Shown here in pieces: positions 58,804 through 64,000 of a stretch of 64,000 bases of DNA. The notes under the pieces were generated by a model. The model did not search any database. It was not told the DNA's origin and saw nothing but the letters and a program-made list of their open reading frames with translations. Location: NCBI GenBank assembly GCA_963663865.1, contig OY760686.1, positions 3,072,001 to 3,136,000 of the forward strand. The letters run 5' to 3'. The position numbers were made by a program, and so were the translations under genes. Within the stretch, counting starts at the first letter, position 1. Each line of letters starts with the position of its first letter. This DNA is from Spirochaetota bacterium. Its GTDB lineage: Bacteria; Spirochaetota; UBA4802; UBA5550.

Positions 58804-59888
58804 AGCCAGTCCTCCAAATATATTTCATCGGATTTGATCAGTTTTAACGCTGAACAAACCTCTTCTTCCAGATTTACGTCCTCAGCAAGCCTTCTATCAA
58901 CTGCAGCATAGAGGTCTCTTTCAATACAGTCCCGGCTGCCTGTTTCAGCAAGAAGAGCTCCAATCATCGGGATAGTCCTGTCTTCAAGCCTGAAGCCGCG
59001 GCAGAACTCCCCGATTTTTTTAAAAGTTTCTTCGCTTATCGGAAACTGCCTCACGCCTTCCAATATCACTGTGATTAAATCTTTTTCCGAGGATGAAGCC
59101 GCAAGTGACTCAATGATCTCCGTCGCGTTAAAAAGCCCGCTGCAGTTAAAAACCTCCTCCCTCAGCCTGACGCTGTTTACCGGCAGCCTCTTGAGCGCGG
59201 TCACTCCGCGCTCAGCGTTTATACAAAACGATACGACATATCTGTCGCCTCTTTCATCAGGCTTAACCGCCTCAGGACTCCCGGGATATACAGCCACTAT
59301 TGAGTCAAACACCTTGAACATTTTAAAACTGTGATTCGACCCGAGGGCGTAAAATTCCATATCTGAAAGTCTGAACCCTGCCCGGGTTCTCTCCCTCTGG
59401 AAGTCGAAATTAAACAAACCCAGATGAAACCCGTCTGCCCCATTATCCCTCGGGGCGCACGCCGGGTTGTACTCGTCTGCCGAAGGAACGCCGTAAATAT
59501 TCAGAATCTGCCCCTGCTTCTCAAATCTGAACGGCCTTGGACAGACAGAATTTGCAAAGACGCATCCAGCGTTAAGGCTGTAAACAAAGGGTGCCGGCCG
59601 GCCGTCCGCCCCCTTCTCTCTTTTTCCCGGACAGTACGCGACAAGGACACCTTCTCCTGCAAGTTTTCCGAAAGCGGCCCTTACCTCATCCTGCAGAGAA
59701 CCGGCCGGGTCAGCGCTGTCAAACAGATCTCCAGCAAGGAGTAACACGTCATATTCTTCAGCAAGATGAGCGATGCGTTGAAAGGTTTCCATTCTCACTT
59801 CAGCGCTTATACCCGTCTGAGTGCAGTCAAGCCCCAGATGAAGGTCTGACGCAAGCATAATCCTGATATCTTCGGACTGTCCGTTCAA
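58782..59888 (-). CDS. YhaO/SbcD(Mre11)-like metallophosphoesterase, partly degenerate
   Basis: SDLHLG, AGDLFD, YPGSPE. TTG start at 59888 with GGAGG RBS (alternative ATG 59903). Confidence 0.85.
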   Translation of the reverse strand: MNGQSEDIRIMLASDLHLGLDCTQTGISAEVRMETFQRIAHLAEEYDVLLLAGDLFDSADPAGSLQDEVRAAFGKLAGEGVLVAYCPGKREKGADGRPAPFVYSLNAGCVFANSVCPRPFRFEKQGQILNIYGVPSADEYNPACAPRDNGADGFHLGLFNFDFQRERTRAGFRLSDMEFYALGSNHSFKMFKVFDSIVAVYPGSPEAVKPDERGDRYVVSFCINAERGVTALKRLPVNSVRLREEVFNCSGLFNATEIIESLAASSSEKDLITVILEGVRQFPISEETFKKIGEFCRGFRLEDRTIPMIGALLAETGSRDCIERDLYAAVDRRLAEDVNLEEEVCSALKLIKSDEIYLEDWLCGTADA

Positions 59889-60026
59889 TACGGGAACCTC
59901 CATATATATATTTATATTAACAGGGGCATTCACAGCTCCGGCAATATTTTTATTGACAAATACCCCTGAAAACAGGCCTCTACTCAAAGAGCAGATAATA
60001 CACACAAAAACCGAGATATTAACAAC

Positions 60027-61052
60027 ATGGAACAAAATAGCAGAAACAAAAATAGATATCAATTCAAATACTTTAATACAGCCGGCAGAATAGCACTTAT
60101 TTTTTTAGCCGGCTTCTCTCTTTACCTTTTCATATCAACCGCAATGATAATATTCCTGACCAGACCCGCGAAGGAAGTGAAAATACCTGATATAATCGGA
60201 GAACAGTTCACTGATATTTACAACAGCCTCCAGAGAAAAGGGCTTAAAGCCGATGTCAGCTTTTCAGATGTACATGATATTGACAACGGAATAATTCTCA
60301 ATCAAAATCCGCAGGCCGGCAAAATAGTTCCAGAAGGCTCATCAATAAATCTGCTCGTCAGCAGAAGCTCTTTCCGGATTGACGTGCCCAACCTGGTCGG
60401 CGCTGAACTGCCGGTTGCTGTCAACAGGCTTCAGAACCTTCACTATCACGACAAGAGCATATCAATCTGTACGGGCGCCGTTTCGTATATACCCAGCGAT
60501 AAAAGCGCTGAAAATATCGTAATTGCTCAAAGTCCGGCTGCTGGAGAGAAAATAACGCCGGACAGAAAGGTAAACCTTCTTGTTTCAGCCGGCAAAACAG
60601 GTAACGATATGACCATGCCGGAAGTAACAGGCCAGTCGATTCACCTGTGTTACAATTTGCTCGCGGCAAAGGGCGTTTCAGTGCTTCAGGAAATAGTTCC
60701 CGTCTACAACATCGCCCAAAGCGGACAGGTTGCCTACCAGAAACCCGCTGCGGGAGCCCGGCTTACTGAAGGATACAATGTTGTCCTGGGAGTCAGCCTT
60801 TACGCATTAAAGGGGCACCCCTATACCGCTTATGAGAACTTCACATTTACACTGCCGGCCAATTCAGGCGAAGGAACATATCAGGTTGTCGTTGAAGACA
60901 ACAGTTCGACAAGGACTATTTATTCCGCAAAGTTGACGTCAGGCGGCAAAATATCTGCTGTGTTCAAAAGGACAGGCAACGCAAAAATCACAGTAATGAA
61001 AGACAAAAAGAGCATACAGGTAATCGGAATCAATGTTGATGAATACAAATAA
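60027..61052 (+). CDS. Membrane-anchored PASTA-domain protein
   Basis: TM helix, three PASTA repeats (IPDIIG, VPNLVG, MPEVTG; Q.P.AG); directly upstream of rpe. Confidence 0.9.
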   Translation: MEQNSRNKNRYQFKYFNTAGRIALIFLAGFSLYLFISTAMIIFLTRPAKEVKIPDIIGEQFTDIYNSLQRKGLKADVSFSDVHDIDNGIILNQNPQAGKIVPEGSSINLLVSRSSFRIDVPNLVGAELPVAVNRLQNLHYHDKSISICTGAVSYIPSDKSAENIVIAQSPAAGEKITPDRKVNLLVSAGKTGNDMTMPEVTGQSIHLCYNLLAAKGVSVLQEIVPVYNIAQSGQVAYQKPAAGARLTEGYNVVLGVSLYALKGHPYTAYENFTFTLPANSGEGTYQVVVEDNSSTRTIYSAKLTSGGKISAVFKRTGNAKITVMKDKKSIQVIGINVDEYK

Positions 61053-61716
61053 ACAGAATCCAGTAAAGATATCTCCTTCCATAATCGCGTCTGATCTAAC
61101 CGTAATGGGAGAAACAGTCCGAAGCATGGATCCGGGAATAATTGACCTGCTTCACATGGATGTCATGGATGGAGTTTTTGTTCCGAACCTGACTTTCGGT
61201 CCGTCATATATCCATTCGCTTTCCGGTAAAACATCTATTCCTCTGGATGTGCATCTTATGATAGAAAAGCCCGAAAACAGCATTGATGAATATATCGCCC
61301 TCAGCCCCTGGTGCATAACGATACACTACGAAAGCACGAGATTTCCGGCCAGAATTATGCAGAAAGTACGCGAAAATGGTATAAAGAGCGCTGTATCAAT
61401 CAACCCGGCTACCCCTGTAGAAGCTATTTTTGATATCATTCCATTTGCAGACATGGTCCTCATAATGTCAGTCGATCCTGGGTTTTATGGACAGAAGTTC
61501 ATGCTTCCGGCTCTTAAGCGTATCAAAACCCTTAAAGCTCACATCGCGGCCAACAAACCGGAAACACTCATCCAGGTAGACGGCGGTATAAACCTTGATA
61601 ATATCAAAAAAGTAACAGAAGCCGGCGCTGATATAGTTGTTGCCGGTGGTTCAGCCTTTTCCGGCGGTGATGTAAATACTAACGTCAGGGCCCTCAAGGA
61701 AGCAGCGCAATCTTAA
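61039..61716 (+). CDS. rpe: Ribulose-phosphate 3-epimerase
   Basis: [41 protein letters not shown]. Confidence 0.97.
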   Translation: MNTNKQNPVKISPSIIASDLTVMGETVRSMDPGIIDLLHMDVMDGVFVPNLTFGPSYIHSLSGKTSIPLDVHLMIEKPENSIDEYIALSPWCITIHYESTRFPARIMQKVRENGIKSAVSINPATPVEAIFDIIPFADMVLIMSVDPGFYGQKFMLPALKRIKTLKAHIAANKPETLIQVDGGINLDNIKKVTEAGADIVVAGGSAFSGGDVNTNVRALKEAAQS

Positions 61717-61801
61717 TAATTTGAGCAACACTCACATTAATGTTGACAAAATAAACACCTTAAAAATACTTTACTCCCTAAATATACTTGGAGGTACAGA
61801 C

Positions 61802-62065
61802 GTGGCGGTTAAAATACGCTTGCAGCGATTTGGAACAAAGAAAAGACCGTTCTACCGCGTAGTTGCAGTAGACAGCAGACAGAAGCGGGACGGCGGAGTA
61901 ATAGAGTACATCGGAAAGTATCAGCCGATTGTCAGCGGACAGCAGTTTGATATAGATGAAGAAAAAGTGCTGAAATGGCTCGGCGTCGGAGCTCAGCCAA
62001 CAGATACAATGCTCGACCTTCTGAAAAAAAACGGGATCTGGAAAAAGCACACGGCTTCTAACTAA
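61802..62065 (+). CDS. rpsP: 30S ribosomal protein S16
   Basis: [25 protein letters not shown]; GTG start with GGAGG. Confidence 0.98.
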   Translation: MAVKIRLQRFGTKKRPFYRVVAVDSRQKRDGGVIEYIGKYQPIVSGQQFDIDEEKVLKWLGVGAQPTDTMLDLLKKNGIWKKHTASN

Positions 62066-62082
62066 TCTATCAGGGGGCGGTA

Positions 62083-62319
62083 ATGGACTGCAAAGAGCTT
62101 GTTTTATTCATGGTTAAGTCTCTTGTTGACAACCCGGATCAGGTTGAAATTAATGAAATAGAGGGCGAAAAGTCCACTATTCTTGAATTGAAAGTCACCC
62201 GGGAAGATATAGGAAAGGTTATTGGAAAGCACGGGCGGATTGCCAGAGCAATTAGAACGATAATTAATGCCTCGGCCACTAAAACAGGTAAAAGGGTAGT
62301 TTTGGAAATCCTGGATTGA
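62083..62319 (+). CDS. khpA: KH-domain RNA-binding protein KhpA (YlqC)
   Basis: LVDNPD, DIGKVIGKHGRIARAIRT; between rpsP and rimM. Confidence 0.95.
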   Translation: MDCKELVLFMVKSLVDNPDQVEINEIEGEKSTILELKVTREDIGKVIGKHGRIARAIRTIINASATKTGKRVVLEILD

Positions 62320-62849
62320 ACGGTAATAACGAATATCTCAGAATAGCGAGAATCACAGGCGCCCATTCCCTGAAGGGTGCACTTAAGATTCAGTTACATA
62401 CTGACAATCCGGAAAGATTCAGTCCTGGTGAAGTTATTTTTCTTGAAATAGGCGGCAGCTTTACCAGGTATCAGATTGAGGGTTTCAACCTTAATCCCGG
62501 CAGCAATTCAATTTTGAAGCTTGAAGGATTGAATAACCGGACAGATGCCGAACAGCTGAAGGGAATTGAGATTTTTATCACCAGAGAGCAGGCTGAAGCG
62601 ACAAGAAACCTGCTGGGTGATGATTCATTCTACTATTACGACCTCATTGATTGCGAGGTCATGATCAACGGAAAGCTTTTCGGCAGGGTACTCGACCTGA
62701 TGGAAGCTGGATCCGGACAGATACTGATTGTCAAGGGTATTCAGGGAAGACGCTTTATGATTCCCTTTGTTAAAGAGATTGTAAATACAGACCTGATTAA
62801 CAGCAGGAGGCTGATTGTAACACCTCCAGAGGGACTGCTTGAAGTTTAA
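62316..62849 (+). CDS. rimM: Ribosome maturation factor RimM
   Basis: GAHSLKG, FYYYDLID, MIPFV, PPEGLL. Confidence 0.95.
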   Translation: MNGNNEYLRIARITGAHSLKGALKIQLHTDNPERFSPGEVIFLEIGGSFTRYQIEGFNLNPGSNSILKLEGLNNRTDAEQLKGIEIFITREQAEATRNLLGDDSFYYYDLIDCEVMINGKLFGRVLDLMEAGSGQILIVKGIQGRRFMIPFVKEIVNTDLINSRRLIVTPPEGLLEV

Positions 62850-63534
62850 CATTTTGACCCTGTTCCCGGATTTTTTTGATTCGCCGTTAAAGTCCAGTCT
62901 TATCGGGAAGGCGGCAGAGTCCGGCATAATTGAGTTCAATATTGTTGATATCCGAAACTATTCGGAAGATAAACACCGCAGATGTGATGATTATCCCTAC
63001 GGGGGCGGTTGCGGAATGGTAATGACACCCGGGCCTGTATTCGGTGCAATGGAAGCGCTGAGTGGGCCTTCGAGGGTGATACTGGCTTCAGCAAGCGGGA
63101 AGCCTTTGAACCAGTCTCTTGTAAGAGAGCTCTGTACAGAAGAGGCGATCACGGTTATATGCGGGCATTACGAGGGTATTGATCAGCGTGTAATCGAAAA
63201 ATATGTGGACGACGAGATATCCATAGGCGATTATGTACTGTCGGGCGGTGAATATGCTGCTCTTGTAATAGCGGATTCTGTGAGCAGGTTTGTACCGGGA
63301 TTTATGTCCAACACCGCCTCTCTCGAAGATGAAAGCTATGAGAATGGCCTTCTCGAGTACCCGCAGTACACAAGGCCGGAGGAAATTAACGGCCTCAAAG
63401 TGCCCGAAGTGCTGCTTAGCGGGCATCACGAGAAGATTGAGAAGTGGCGAAGCACTAAGAGACTTGATAAAACAAGGGATGTTAGGCCCGATTTATATAA
63501 AAATTTCATACTGAAACAAATAACAGGAGATTAA
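62839..63534 (+). CDS. trmD: tRNA (guanine-N1)-methyltransferase TrmD
   Basis: [44 protein letters not shown]. Confidence 0.98.
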   Translation: MKFNILTLFPDFFDSPLKSSLIGKAAESGIIEFNIVDIRNYSEDKHRRCDDYPYGGGCGMVMTPGPVFGAMEALSGPSRVILASASGKPLNQSLVRELCTEEAITVICGHYEGIDQRVIEKYVDDEISIGDYVLSGGEYAALVIADSVSRFVPGFMSNTASLEDESYENGLLEYPQYTRPEEINGLKVPEVLLSGHHEKIEKWRSTKRLDKTRDVRPDLYKNFILKQITGD

Positions 63535-63539
63535 AGAAA

Positions 63540-63965
63540 ATGGACATCATCCAGGCAATAGAAAAGGAACTGACCATCAATGACAGGCAGGTAAATTTTG
63601 AAATTGGCGATACCGTTAAGGTTCACTACAAAATCATTGAGGGAAACCGTGAGCGTATTCAGATATTCGAAGGAATAGTAATAGCTATTGATGGGAAAGG
63701 AACAAACAAGACCTTTACCGTCAGAAAGATTTCCTTTGATGTAGGTGTTGAAAGAATTTTCCCGCTCAATTCCACCAAGATTGCCGATCTTGAAGTTGTC
63801 CGAAAAGGCAAAGTCAGGCGAGCTAAGCTTTATTTCCTCCGTGAAAGAACCGGTAAATCTGCCAAGCTCAAGGAAAGAAGAATGGCTTCTCCGGCGAAAA
63901 AAAGCGTCGAGAAAGCTGAGCCTGTACAATCTGAAGCGGCTGAGGCTTCAACGGATCAGGCATAA
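63540..63965 (+). CDS. rplS: 50S ribosomal protein L19
   Basis: [42 protein letters not shown]. Confidence 0.98.
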   Translation: MDIIQAIEKELTINDRQVNFEIGDTVKVHYKIIEGNRERIQIFEGIVIAIDGKGTNKTFTVRKISFDVGVERIFPLNSTKIADLEVVRKGKVRRAKLYFLRERTGKSAKLKERRMASPAKKSVEKAEPVQSEAAEASTDQA

Positions 63966-64000
63966 TTAACGGGTGATGTCTTCATCATCGAGTCTACTAA

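Noticed and set aside
59904-60062. N-terminal extension of the phosphoesterase ORF
   Set aside because: Overlaps the divergent PASTA gene; the RBS supports a start at 59888
63976-64000. Possible start of the gene after rplS
   Set aside because: Too little sequence at the window edge to assign

Overview
Bacterial chromosomal window, most likely from a free-living, probably anaerobic spirochaete. This is an inference from Leptospira-like gene families (DUF1577/PilZ-type protein, MBL-cNMP phosphodiesterase, many lipoproteins) and a RACo-type ASKHA protein. Core blocks: pgeF (partial), glyS, LysM/M23 peptidase, bactofilin, M16 peptidase, pnp-rpsO-truB-rbfA-infB-nusA-rimP, pcrA, carD-yacL, PBP1A, htrA, trxA, tmRNA, rpe and rpsP-khpA-rimM-trmD-rplS. 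Accessory or unusual content: (i) a translationally coupled three-gene operon encoding a secreted lamin-tail/FlgD-Ig protein, a PorV/PorQ-like beta-barrel fused to a helix-hairpin-helix domain, and a second beta-barrel, which is the best candidate for an undescribed secretion or DNA-capture module; (ii) a 1113-aa discoidin + 16x32-aa tail-fibre-repeat protein with no phage context; (iii) a flagellin-like protein that keeps only the terminal motifs; (iv) an AT-rich patch with a RAYT transposase carrying an internal REP, vapBC and a Cys-rich lipoprotein, next to a ferritin-like cargo/Family 1 encapsulin operon; (v) several apparent pseudo-enzymes (malic-enzyme-like, SbcD/YhaO-like, GlgD-like). 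Structured leaders precede rimP, rpsO and pnp. All calls come from reading motifs by eye; no searches were run.
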